The position numbers were made by a program, and so were the translations under genes. Under the pieces are notes generated by a model. It had not been told where the DNA came from, did no database searches, and saw only the letters and a list, made by a program, of their open reading frames with translations. Positions 56,265 to 64,000 of a stretch of DNA of 64,000 nucleotides are shown here, one piece after another. Each line of letters begins with the position of its first letter. Within the stretch, counting starts at the first letter, position 1. This DNA is from an uncultured Flavobacteriales bacterium. Its GTDB lineage: Bacteria; Bacteroidota; Bacteroidia; Flavobacteriales_F; PHOS-HE28. The DNA is taken from the NCBI GenBank assembly GCA_937872175.1, contig CALMPI010000030.1:9273-73272 (forward strand), given 5' to 3'.

Positions 56265-58676
56265 TCAGAACAACACCCGGTACATGGGGATCGGGAAGAA
56301 GCCCAGCTGGTACTCCGTGGCCAGCTTGCCGGTGCGGTCGTCGTAGTACTGCGTGTAGATGTTGCGCCGGCCGGTGACGTTCTGCAGATCGATGCCCGCC
56401 TCGTGCGTGGCCTTCCGGCCCGAGCGGCGGTACATCAGCTTCAGGTCGGTGCGGAAGTAGTCGAGGTAGCGCTCGCTGTTCGTGCGCTCCTCGATCAGCA
56501 CCTGCTCCCCTTCGGCGATCGACGCGTCCAGGTCGATCGGCGTGTAGCGCCGCCCTCCGGCATAGGTCGCCTTCAGGTCCACCACGATGTGGCTGTTGCC
56601 CTTGCCCAGCTTCCATTCCTTGCCCGCCAGCGCATTGAACACATAGTTGCCGTCGAAGGCCGACGAGCGCCACACCCCGTCGCTGCCCATCACCTCGCTG
56701 CGGAAGAGCGAGGCGGTCACCAGCGCGTAGAAGCCCTGGTCATACGTGCGTTCGGCCGTGATCTCCAGGCCATAGTTGCGGCCCAGGCCCTTGTTCACCA
56801 GCTGCGTGGCGTCAGGCGTGCCGAAGTCGGCACCGGCGTTCAACATGCTGAAGGTGCTGGGCACGGACTCCACCGGCGCGCCGAACAGGTATTGGTAGTA
56901 GGCCTCGGTGCGCAGGCGCATCGTGCTCCCGAAGCGCTGCTCATAGCTCGCCACGGCATGGTGGCTGCGCGTGAGGTCGAGGCCCATGTTCCCGCCGTCG
57001 CTGCCGTCGCGCTCGGTGGTGTAGTACACCGGCAGGGGTTGGGTCTGTCCGTGCAGGCCGTAGCCCAGGCCGAAGGTGCCCTGGTCGCTCACCCGGTACG
57101 TGAGGCCGAAGCGCGGCTCCATCGCCGTGCTGCTGTTCAGGTCAAAGAGCTGGCCATGCAGGCCGAGGGTGGTGGACAGGCGGTCGGTGAAGCTGTGCTT
57201 CCAGGTGGCGTAGGCCTGGTAGAGCGTGCTGGCCCCATCGCCCTGCTTCAACTGCACCCAGCGGTCGCCCAGCGGTGACAGGGCGAAGTAGCGCTCCTCG
57301 AACCCGGCCACGGCGTGGTTCGCCATCACCCCCACGTGCACGTTGTCCCGCGCACCGAACCGCCGGCGCAGCACGAAATGCACCTGGTAGCTGTTCTGCT
57401 CGCCGCGCTGCGTGTACACCGGATCGGTGTCCAGCAGCGGATAGCCGTTGGCCGCATCGCCCCAGGTGAGCGAATCGGCGATGTTCTCCTCCAGCTGGTG
57501 CGTGGCGGCCACCACCAGGCGGTAGCTGGTGTTCGGGTCGAAGAAGTAGGTGTGCGAGGCGCCGACGACCCCCGTGCGCGAGCGGTTGTAGATGTCGCGC
57601 TCCGCGGAGCCGTACAGCTCGTTCTCGTTGGCCGCGCTCAGATCGGTCTCGCGGCCCAGCAGGTCCACTCCGCTCTTGCCGCCCAGGCCGAAGAGCGTGA
57701 AGCGACCGGCCTTGGCCGTGGGCAGGTCGAGCTTGAAGCTCAGGTCCTGGTACTTGGGTACCGCGCTGCCCGTGCCGAAGTCGAGGCCGATGGCCTGGAA
57801 CGCCTGCAGGGTGCTGTAGCGGTAGTTCACCAGGTAGCTGGCACGTGAACGCCGGTCGATGGGCCCCTCGGCGCCGAGCTCGAAGCCGTTGAAGCCGAGC
57901 TGGCCGAGGAACTCGTGCTTCTCGTCGTTGCCGCTGCGCATGAACAGATCGAAGGCGCCGCTCAGGGCGTTGCCGTAGCTCGACGGGAAGGCGCTGGTCA
58001 TGAAGTCGCTCTTCGCCAGCACGTTGTTGTTGAGGATGCTCACCGGGCCGCCCGTGCTGCCGAAGGAACTGAAGTGGTTGGGGCTCGGGATGTCCACCCC
58101 CTCCAGGCGCCAGAGCAGGCCGGCGGGCGAGTTGCCGCGGATGATGATGTCGTTGCGGCCGTCGTTGGCCCCGCTCACCCCCGCGAAGTTGGTGGCCATC
58201 CGCGCGGGGTCCCCGCGGCTTCCGGCGAAGCGCTGGCTCAGCTCCGCATCGAAGGTGCGCGCGCTCAGGGTGGTCATCTCGTTGTTGAGCGCGTTGCGGT
58301 CCTGTTCCGCGGCGCGGATGGTGACCTCCTGGAGCTGTTCCACGCTCGGGGCCAGCTCCAGGTCGAGCACCAGCTCCTTGCCGGCCACCACCAGAAGCGG
58401 GGCGGTGCTCAGCGGCTGGTACCCCATCGCCGCCACCTGCAGCACCGCCCGGCCCAGCGGCACGGCCGCAAGGGTGAAGCGGCCCTCCTCGTCGGTGGAG
58501 GTGCCCAGCGTGGGCTGGCTGCCGGCCACCACCACATTGGCCATGAACACGGGGTAGCCGCTCTCCTGGTCCAGCACGCGGCCGCGAACGGTCTGCGTGC
58601 CCTGCGCGTGCGCAGCGGTGGGCGTGGCGGTCATGAGGATCGGGACGAGCAGAAGGGGAGCGAAGTGCAGGCGCAT
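56265..58676 (-). CDS. TonB-dependent receptor with carboxypeptidase-like regulatory N-terminal domain
   Basis: Signal peptide, QTVRGRVLD, DPARMATNFAGV, IIIRGNSP..WRLEGVDIP.PNHF; ends YRVLF. Confidence 0.92.
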   Translation of the reverse strand: MRLHFAPLLLVPILMTATPTAAHAQGTQTVRGRVLDQESGYPVFMANVVVAGSQPTLGTSTDEEGRFTLAAVPLGRAVLQVAAMGYQPLSTAPLLVVAGKELVLDLELAPSVEQLQEVTIRAAEQDRNALNNEMTTLSARTFDAELSQRFAGSRGDPARMATNFAGVSGANDGRNDIIIRGNSPAGLLWRLEGVDIPSPNHFSSFGSTGGPVSILNNNVLAKSDFMTSAFPSSYGNALSGAFDLFMRSGNDEKHEFLGQLGFNGFELGAEGPIDRRSRASYLVNYRYSTLQAFQAIGLDFGTGSAVPKYQDLSFKLDLPTAKAGRFTLFGLGGKSGVDLLGRETDLSAANENELYGSAERDIYNRSRTGVVGASHTYFFDPNTSYRLVVAATHQLEENIADSLTWGDAANGYPLLDTDPVYTQRGEQNSYQVHFVLRRRFGARDNVHVGVMANHAVAGFEERYFALSPLGDRWVQLKQGDGASTLYQAYATWKHSFTDRLSTTLGLHGQLFDLNSSTAMEPRFGLTYRVSDQGTFGLGYGLHGQTQPLPVYYTTERDGSDGGNMGLDLTRSHHAVASYEQRFGSTMRLRTEAYYQYLFGAPVESVPSTFSMLNAGADFGTPDATQLVNKGLGRNYGLEITAERTYDQGFYALVTASLFRSEVMGSDGVWRSSAFDGNYVFNALAGKEWKLGKGNSHIVVDLKATYAGGRRYTPIDLDASIAEGEQVLIEERTNSERYLDYFRTDLKLMYRRSGRKATHEAGIDLQNVTGRRNIYTQYYDDRTGKLATEYQLGFFPIPMYRVLF

Positions 58677-58725
58677 GGCAGGTCGTTTCGGGTGCAAAGG
58701 AGCTTGCTGACGGCCATGCGACGCG

Positions 58726-58739
58726 TTGACCTGGGTTAA
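58726..58739. promoter_or_regulatory. Crp/Fnr-type palindrome upstream of the TonB-dependent receptor
   Basis: TTGAC-CTGG-GTTAA, 50 nt upstream of the receptor start, immediately downstream of a Crp/Fnr gene. Confidence 0.6.
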
Positions 58740-58797
58740 GAATACAGCGGTGGGAGGAACGGTCGGATCGCGGGATGAGCGTCCGATCGGCGGGACA

Positions 58798-59424
58798 TCA
58801 TCGGCCGCCGCGGGCCACCCGCGCCCGGATCCGGCTGAGGCTCTCGGGCTTCACCCCCAGGTATGAGGCGATGTGGCGCTGAGGCACCCGCTGCATCACC
58901 TTGGGGCGCTCGCGCATCAGGTCCAGGTAGCGCTGCTCGGCGCTGTCCAGCAGAAAGGAGCGGTTGCGCCGCGAGACCGACAGAAAGATCTCCTCGGCGA
59001 TGCGCCGGCCCATGCGTTCCGCTCCGGGGTCGGCGGCGTAGAGCCGCTGCATGGCCTCCCGGTGCAGGGCCAGCAGCAGGGTGGGCTCCAGCGCCTCCAG
59101 GTGGAGCTGCGTGGGCCGCCGGGTCAGGAAGCTCTCGTAGTCGGTGGTGTAGCTGCCTTCGAAGAAGAACTGCTGGGTGATCTCCTCACCGTCCTTCAGA
59201 AAGTAGGCGCGCACCAGCCCCCGCCCGATGAACCACACGTGCTCACAGACCTCCCCGTCCTGCAGCAGCACCCCGCCCTTCGCCAGGGTGGCGGGCACCA
59301 GCGCGCTCATCAGCCGGTCCATCACGGCGTCGTCCACCTCCACGATGCGCTGTGTGAACGCGCGCAGCTGCGCACGCGCCGCCGCAAGCCCGGCGTGATC
59401 GCGGACGGGCTCACCGGCTTCCAC
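58798..59424 (-). CDS. Crp/Fnr family transcriptional regulator
   Basis: GEVC..VWFI.RGLVR.Y, FFFEG, EQRYL.L and PQRHIASYLGVKPESLSRIR; GTG start uncertain. Confidence 0.92.
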   Translation of the reverse strand: MEAGEPVRDHAGLAAARAQLRAFTQRIVEVDDAVMDRLMSALVPATLAKGGVLLQDGEVCEHVWFIGRGLVRAYFLKDGEEITQQFFFEGSYTTDYESFLTRRPTQLHLEALEPTLLLALHREAMQRLYAADPGAERMGRRIAEEIFLSVSRRNRSFLLDSAEQRYLDLMRERPKVMQRVPQRHIASYLGVKPESLSRIRARVARGGR

Positions 59425-62239
59425 TGCGGTAGGCCTTGGAGGACAGCACCTCCTTCATGACGTCCATCCGGCGCAGGTCCTCCTCCTTCACCTCCCCGCC
59501 GTTCACCAGGCTGCGCACCAGGGTGGCCGCATCCTCCGTCTGCCCCGTGCGGTGCAGGTAGCAGGCCTTCACCAGCTGCGTGTAGCGGTACAGCGGGTCG
59601 GCGGCCTGGGCCCGGTCGATGTGGTCACGCGCCAGAGGCAGCATATCGTTCAGCACATAGAGGTACGCCAGGTCCGCCAGGATGGTGACGTCGTTCTTGA
59701 GCGCGGGGTTCTTCTCGTACACCAGGTTGAGCTGCTCCAGCGCCTGGCGGGCATCGCCGGTGCGGCGCAGGCACTCGGCGCGCCAGCGGGCGGCCTCCAC
59801 GTCGTCGCGGATCCGCAGGCTCTCGTCGAACTGCGGCACCGCCTCCTTGAGGTTGTCGGCCAGCATCGCCGCCCGGCCCATCTGCTTCTTCGCCTCCGCC
59901 TTGTCCTTGCCCAGTTGGATGGACCGGTCGAAGCACTTCACCGCGGCCTCGTCGCTGCGCAGCGCCTGGTACACCAGCCCCAGCTCGTAGTGCAGCTCCG
60001 CGTTGTTCCTGTCCGCGTCCACGGCCTGCTCGCCCAGGTCCTTCGCCTCGGAGAGCCGGCCCGAGGTGCGGGCGATGCGCGACAGCATCGACAGGACCTC
60101 GGCGTTGCGCCGCTCCTCCTTCAGCACCGCCTTCAACAGGCTCTCCGCATTGGCCGCATCGCCCACGGCGTAGTACGCCCGGGCCTTGCCCAGCATCGCC
60201 CCGTGCTTCATGCGCTCCACGTTGTTGCGCAGGATCACATCGAAGTCCTCCATGGCCTGCGTGTGCTCGCCCAGACCCAGCCGGCAGTGGCCCCGTTCGA
60301 GGATGCCGACGAAGGGGGTCACCGAGCTCGCGATGTACTGGTCGAGGTCGTGGATGGCCTCCGCGTAGCGGTCGATGCGCATCAGGTTGCGCGCCTTTTC
60401 CAGTCGCAGTTCGGGCTGGTCGTCGCGCAGCGCGCAGGCCACCCGGAAATGGCGGTCCGCCTCCGCGTTGGCGTTGAGCGCCTGCAGTTCGTGCGCCTTC
60501 TCCAGGTGATGCGCCGCCCGTTCGTGCAGCACCGTGCGCTGCGCCTCATCCAACCCGATGGACCGCCCCCGCTCCAGGCTGCGTTCGCCGGCGGCGATGC
60601 TGTCGAGCTCGAACAGGGCGAGGCCCTTCTCCACATGGCAGCGCGCGCAGTCCTCATCGATCGCGAGCGCCTCGGCGAGGTGGTCCAGCGCCTCGCGCGG
60701 CCGGGCGGCCATCAGGTGGATCACCCCCTGCTGGTAGCGCGTCTCCAGGTCGAAGGGCCAGCGGGCCCGGGTCTCCTCCAGCAGGGCGATCGCCTCGGTG
60801 CACTTCCCCTGGTCCTGGCACAGCAGCAGCGCCAGCCGATGGTCGTAGCCGGGGTTCCAGCGGTCCTTCAGCCGCAGCGTGTACAGGTCGCTGGCGGCGG
60901 TCTGCCGGTCGGCGGGCACGGTGCTGCGCTCCAGCAGCGAGGCCCGCAGGTCGCGCGCGGGCACATGGTCGGGCATGCGCTCCAGCAGCGCGCCCAGGAG
61001 CTGCAGCGCCTGGCCGTTCTGCTTGCGCGCGATGAGGATGCGGGCGTGCAGCAGGGTCAGGTCGGGGTCGTCGCTCCGGCCTGCGCCGGTGCGGGCGGCC
61101 TGCACCTCCGCCAGGGCCTTGTCCAGGTCGCCCAAGCGATAGAGCTTCTCGCGCTCGGCCTGCTTGGCGGCAAGGGCGCGCAGCCCGTCGATGCGGGCCT
61201 TCACCGTGGCGTCGCCCGGCTTCACACGCTCGGCACGCTCGAAGGCGGCGATGGCGCGGTCGTAGCAGCGGAGCGTGGTGAGGACACCGCCCTCCTCGAT
61301 GGCGGCGGCGGCCTCGGCCTCATCCTTCACCCGCTTGCGCTCCATGGCGCGCTTCACCTCGTTGATCAGCACCAGCGGCTCCACGGCCAGCGGGTCCAGG
61401 GTGCGCGCCTGCTCGAAGAGGGTCATGGCGCTCTCATGGTCGCCCCGCTCCAGCAAGCTCCGCCCGGTCGATACCGCATCGGCATAGGCCTTGCGGCGCT
61501 GGGCCCGCTCCTCCTCGTCCCGGCGCAGCGCCTGGTCGAAGGAGCCGCGGTACTCGGCCAGCGCCCGGCTCAGCTCGCCCAGCTCGCCCCGCCCCGCCCG
61601 CGCCAGGGAGTCGATGTCCTGTTCCATCAGGGCCTCCGCGAACGCCGAACCCGGTGCGAAGAAGTTGTCCGTCGCGATGGCCACGTCCCATCCCCCTTCG
61701 GGGCGCCGCTCGGCCACCAGCTCCAGCACGCGAAGGTGCCGCGCATAGCTCCTTGTGCTGGAGCTGTTGCGCCCCAGGAAGCGCAGCTCGTACAGCACCT
61801 GGGTGAAGGCCTGGTCCGTGATCGCCGGTTCGCGCTTCTTCAGCAACCGCGCCTCCACCGCGGTGCCCAGCGGGTCGGTGCTCTGGAAGTAGAGCAGCAG
61901 GTCGTTCATGTACTCGGCGAGCGGGCGGTCGCGGCCGGCCGTGCGGGCGTCGTTGCCCGGGTCCACGTTGTCCTCGATGCGCACCTGCGGGCCCAGGAAC
62001 ATGCGGTCGCGGCCCGGCTCGCACGCGTTCGCGATCAGCTGCTGCACGAGCATCGCGCTCTCGTCATCCGCCGCGTCCATCCCCGCCACGTTGTCCAGCA
62101 GGGCGATGTAGCGTTTGAAGAGGCTCTCCGCGTGCGCGTTGATCAGGCCCTTGTCCTTCAGGGAAAGGGTGTCGCCGGTGCCCGCCCGCGATGCGGTCGT
62201 GCACAGCACCGTGGCCGTGATGAGCAGTGCGCGCAGCAT
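59411..62239 (-). CDS. Secreted multi-TPR protein with an uncharacterised N-terminal domain
   Basis: Signal peptide, about 200-aa alpha/beta domain, coiled coil, then many TPR-like repeats. Confidence 0.85.
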   Translation of the reverse strand: MLRALLITATVLCTTASRAGTGDTLSLKDKGLINAHAESLFKRYIALLDNVAGMDAADDESAMLVQQLIANACEPGRDRMFLGPQVRIEDNVDPGNDARTAGRDRPLAEYMNDLLLYFQSTDPLGTAVEARLLKKREPAITDQAFTQVLYELRFLGRNSSSTRSYARHLRVLELVAERRPEGGWDVAIATDNFFAPGSAFAEALMEQDIDSLARAGRGELGELSRALAEYRGSFDQALRRDEEERAQRRKAYADAVSTGRSLLERGDHESAMTLFEQARTLDPLAVEPLVLINEVKRAMERKRVKDEAEAAAAIEEGGVLTTLRCYDRAIAAFERAERVKPGDATVKARIDGLRALAAKQAEREKLYRLGDLDKALAEVQAARTGAGRSDDPDLTLLHARILIARKQNGQALQLLGALLERMPDHVPARDLRASLLERSTVPADRQTAASDLYTLRLKDRWNPGYDHRLALLLCQDQGKCTEAIALLEETRARWPFDLETRYQQGVIHLMAARPREALDHLAEALAIDEDCARCHVEKGLALFELDSIAAGERSLERGRSIGLDEAQRTVLHERAAHHLEKAHELQALNANAEADRHFRVACALRDDQPELRLEKARNLMRIDRYAEAIHDLDQYIASSVTPFVGILERGHCRLGLGEHTQAMEDFDVILRNNVERMKHGAMLGKARAYYAVGDAANAESLLKAVLKEERRNAEVLSMLSRIARTSGRLSEAKDLGEQAVDADRNNAELHYELGLVYQALRSDEAAVKCFDRSIQLGKDKAEAKKQMGRAAMLADNLKEAVPQFDESLRIRDDVEAARWRAECLRRTGDARQALEQLNLVYEKNPALKNDVTILADLAYLYVLNDMLPLARDHIDRAQAADPLYRYTQLVKACYLHRTGQTEDAATLVRSLVNGGEVKEEDLRRMDVMKEVLSSKAYRSGSR

Positions 62240-62243
62240 CCGG

Positions 62244-63017
62244 TCACAGGCCCAGCACATGCGTCCAGAGGTACTGAAGTTTGTCGCCCTCGCTCATCCG
62301 GTCGGCGCGCACCACGTTCCAGCCGGACGGGGTGAAGTCCCTGGCGCGGAGCGGCGGCGGCCGGTACTCCACCTGCAGGGTCCAGCCCGGCACCTGCAGC
62401 AGGTGCATCGTCACCCGTTCGATCGCCAGGATCCGGAGGCCACCGCGCAGGAGCGCCTCCTGCAGCTCGAAGAGCCCCGAGATGCCCGGCGGGCCGATGT
62501 AGGGATACACGCCGGGTCGTCCTTCATCATCGATCCGCAGGAGGTCGATGAAGCCGTACTCGTGGCTCTTGGAATCGATGTAGAGCTGGGTGCCCGGTGC
62601 GATGCGCGCCAGGTCGGTGCCGAGGATCGACCATTTGCGGGCGGCGCCCACCTGCTCGCGCACCAGCCAGAAGCCCACCGACGAGGTGTCGCCGCCGCTC
62701 CAGGTGTGGCACACCACATGGGCCAGCCAGGGCGTGCCGTCCAGCTGCAGTTCCGAGGCCGCCCCGCGCGCCAGCATGTCGCTCACGAAGGCCTCGCGCG
62801 TGCCCGCGTCCAACGTCGCGGCCATCAGGCTGTGCAACAAGGTCCCCCGGTCGGGCGCGGCCACCCCGTCGGGCACCTGGCCCGTGTACCGGCCGTTGAA
62901 GCGGTCGCGGAACTCGTTGAACTGCTTCACGCACAGCTCGTACTGCTGGTCGGCCGTTTGCGCGGCCACCGGAGCGATCGCCAGCACCAGGGCGGCAAGG
63001 GTGATGCGGCGACTCAT
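62244..63017 (-). CDS. Hypothetical secreted protein
   Basis: Signal peptide (LAALVLAIAPVAA-Q), VKQFNEFRDRFN; overlaps the upstream gene by 4 nt. Confidence 0.8.
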   Translation of the reverse strand: MSRRITLAALVLAIAPVAAQTADQQYELCVKQFNEFRDRFNGRYTGQVPDGVAAPDRGTLLHSLMAATLDAGTREAFVSDMLARGAASELQLDGTPWLAHVVCHTWSGGDTSSVGFWLVREQVGAARKWSILGTDLARIAPGTQLYIDSKSHEYGFIDLLRIDDEGRPGVYPYIGPPGISGLFELQEALLRGGLRILAIERVTMHLLQVPGWTLQVEYRPPPLRARDFTPSGWNVVRADRMSEGDKLQYLWTHVLGL

Positions 63018-64000
63018 TCGGCCATGGTGCTCACCACCCCGATGTCGCCCAGGAACACGTCCCAGAGCCGCTCGGTGCGGCCCTCCACCACCTTCTCGTA
63101 GGTGCGCAGCTTGATCTGGATGTTCTTGTTGGTGATGTCGCTGTAGTACACCTGGCCGTCCACCATGCCCTGGAACCGCTGCTGCAGCGAGACCACGGCC
63201 GTGTAGCTGCCGTCCGGCTGCAGCTCGAAATCGCTCACGTACTGGATGTCGGCCCATTCGATGGTCACCGCATCGTATTTCAGGTAGCGCAGGTGCGTGC
63301 TCAGGTACTTGTGCACCGGATGCGCCTTGGAGGCGCCGGAGGCCACGTTGCTCACGTGCACCAGGTTGTCCGGCCGCTCGAACAGGCCGATGGCCTGCTC
63401 CACCGCCTTGTCCTTCACGATGGCCGAGAGCTCCTTGTTCGTGATCTGCGCGATGTACCCGCTGAGCCGGCGCGTCTTTTCCAGCGCCACATCCTTGAAG
63501 TAGGTGAAGTCGAGCTCCGCCTTGCCGCTCTCGCTCACCGTGCGCTCGAAGCGCGGTGCGATCCACGTCTCGGAGTAGCGCACCGTGCGCGGCTCGGCCA
63601 CCGGCGGGCAGCGCGAGGCGTCGTTGAGCGCGCTCACCACCCCCGCATCCGCCAGCAGGTCCTTCAGCCGGTCGGCCGGCGCGGTGAACTCCACCAGCCC
63701 GGGCGAGAGCACACCGGCCAGCTCGCTGCGCGGCACGTTCACATCGCCCGCCGCCGTGCGGATCGTGAGCCGGTCGTCGTCCCACCGCACGATGGTGCCT
63801 TTCAACACCTGCTGGTCCACCCGCACCAGCGCGTTGCACGCCGCCCCGCCCTGGGCGAACGCCGCGAGCGGCTCACCACAGGGACGGGTGTGCACCGTGA
63901 GCGCACCGTCCACCACGCACAGCACCTCGCCGCACGGCACCGAGCTGGGGCCCTTGCGCAGCCCGCTCGTCACCAGCACATCGATGCGGTCCGCCGCCAC
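63014..64000 (-). CDS. Hypothetical protein, 5' partial
   Basis: Open to the window edge, host codon usage; C-terminal domain ..LKYDAVTIEW.DIQYVSD..QQRFQG..WDVFLGDIGV. Confidence 0.8.
   Translation of the reverse strand: MAADRIDVLVTSGLRKGPSSVPCGEVLCVVDGALTVHTRPCGEPLAAFAQGGAACNALVRVDQQVLKGTIVRWDDDRLTIRTAAGDVNVPRSELAGVLSPGLVEFTAPADRLKDLLADAGVVSALNDASRCPPVAEPRTVRYSETWIAPRFERTVSESGKAELDFTYFKDVALEKTRRLSGYIAQITNKELSAIVKDKAVEQAIGLFERPDNLVHVSNVASGASKAHPVHKYLSTHLRYLKYDAVTIEWADIQYVSDFELQPDGSYTAVVSLQQRFQGMVDGQVYYSDITNKNIQIKLRTYEKVVEGRTERLWDVFLGDIGVVSTMAE

Noticed and set aside
1-64000. tRNA, rRNA, transposase or integrase genes
   Set aside because: None recognised by eye. tRNAscan-SE, Infernal and ISEScan runs would be needed to exclude small RNAs or degenerate IS remnants.

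Overview
High-GC Bacteroidota chromosomal window, probably a Flavobacteriales-like lineage (inferred from T9SS C-terminal domains, Bacteroidota-type TonB receptor, Crp/Fnr and -7 promoter boxes). It opens with a TolC/MFP/RND efflux operon and a DASS transporter. About 49 kb (6.6-55 kb) is dominated by predicted secreted proteins: SBBP beta-propellers, right-handed beta-helices, an S74 fibre, a deiodinase-like protein and others. These are interleaved with six membrane sensor kinases (five with TPR-like extracytoplasmic domains, one with a beta-propeller) and seven DNA-binding regulators (four REC-LytTR, one LytTR-only, two NarL-type). Four secreted-protein genes are preceded by a CGTTCACCCG-type direct repeat with 21-bp period and a -7-like box 40-41 nt downstream, which suggests a local LytTR regulon. 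A three-gene module (propeller with dockerin-like tail, TPR kinase, LytTR regulator) occurs twice. One copy is flanked by a 372-nt direct repeat of the 3' end of an aldo/keto reductase gene. The window ends with a Crp/Fnr-TonB receptor pair and an uncharacterised secreted/TPR operon. No rRNA, tRNA, CRISPR array, integrase or transposase was recognised. All product calls come from motif recognition by eye, with no database searches.
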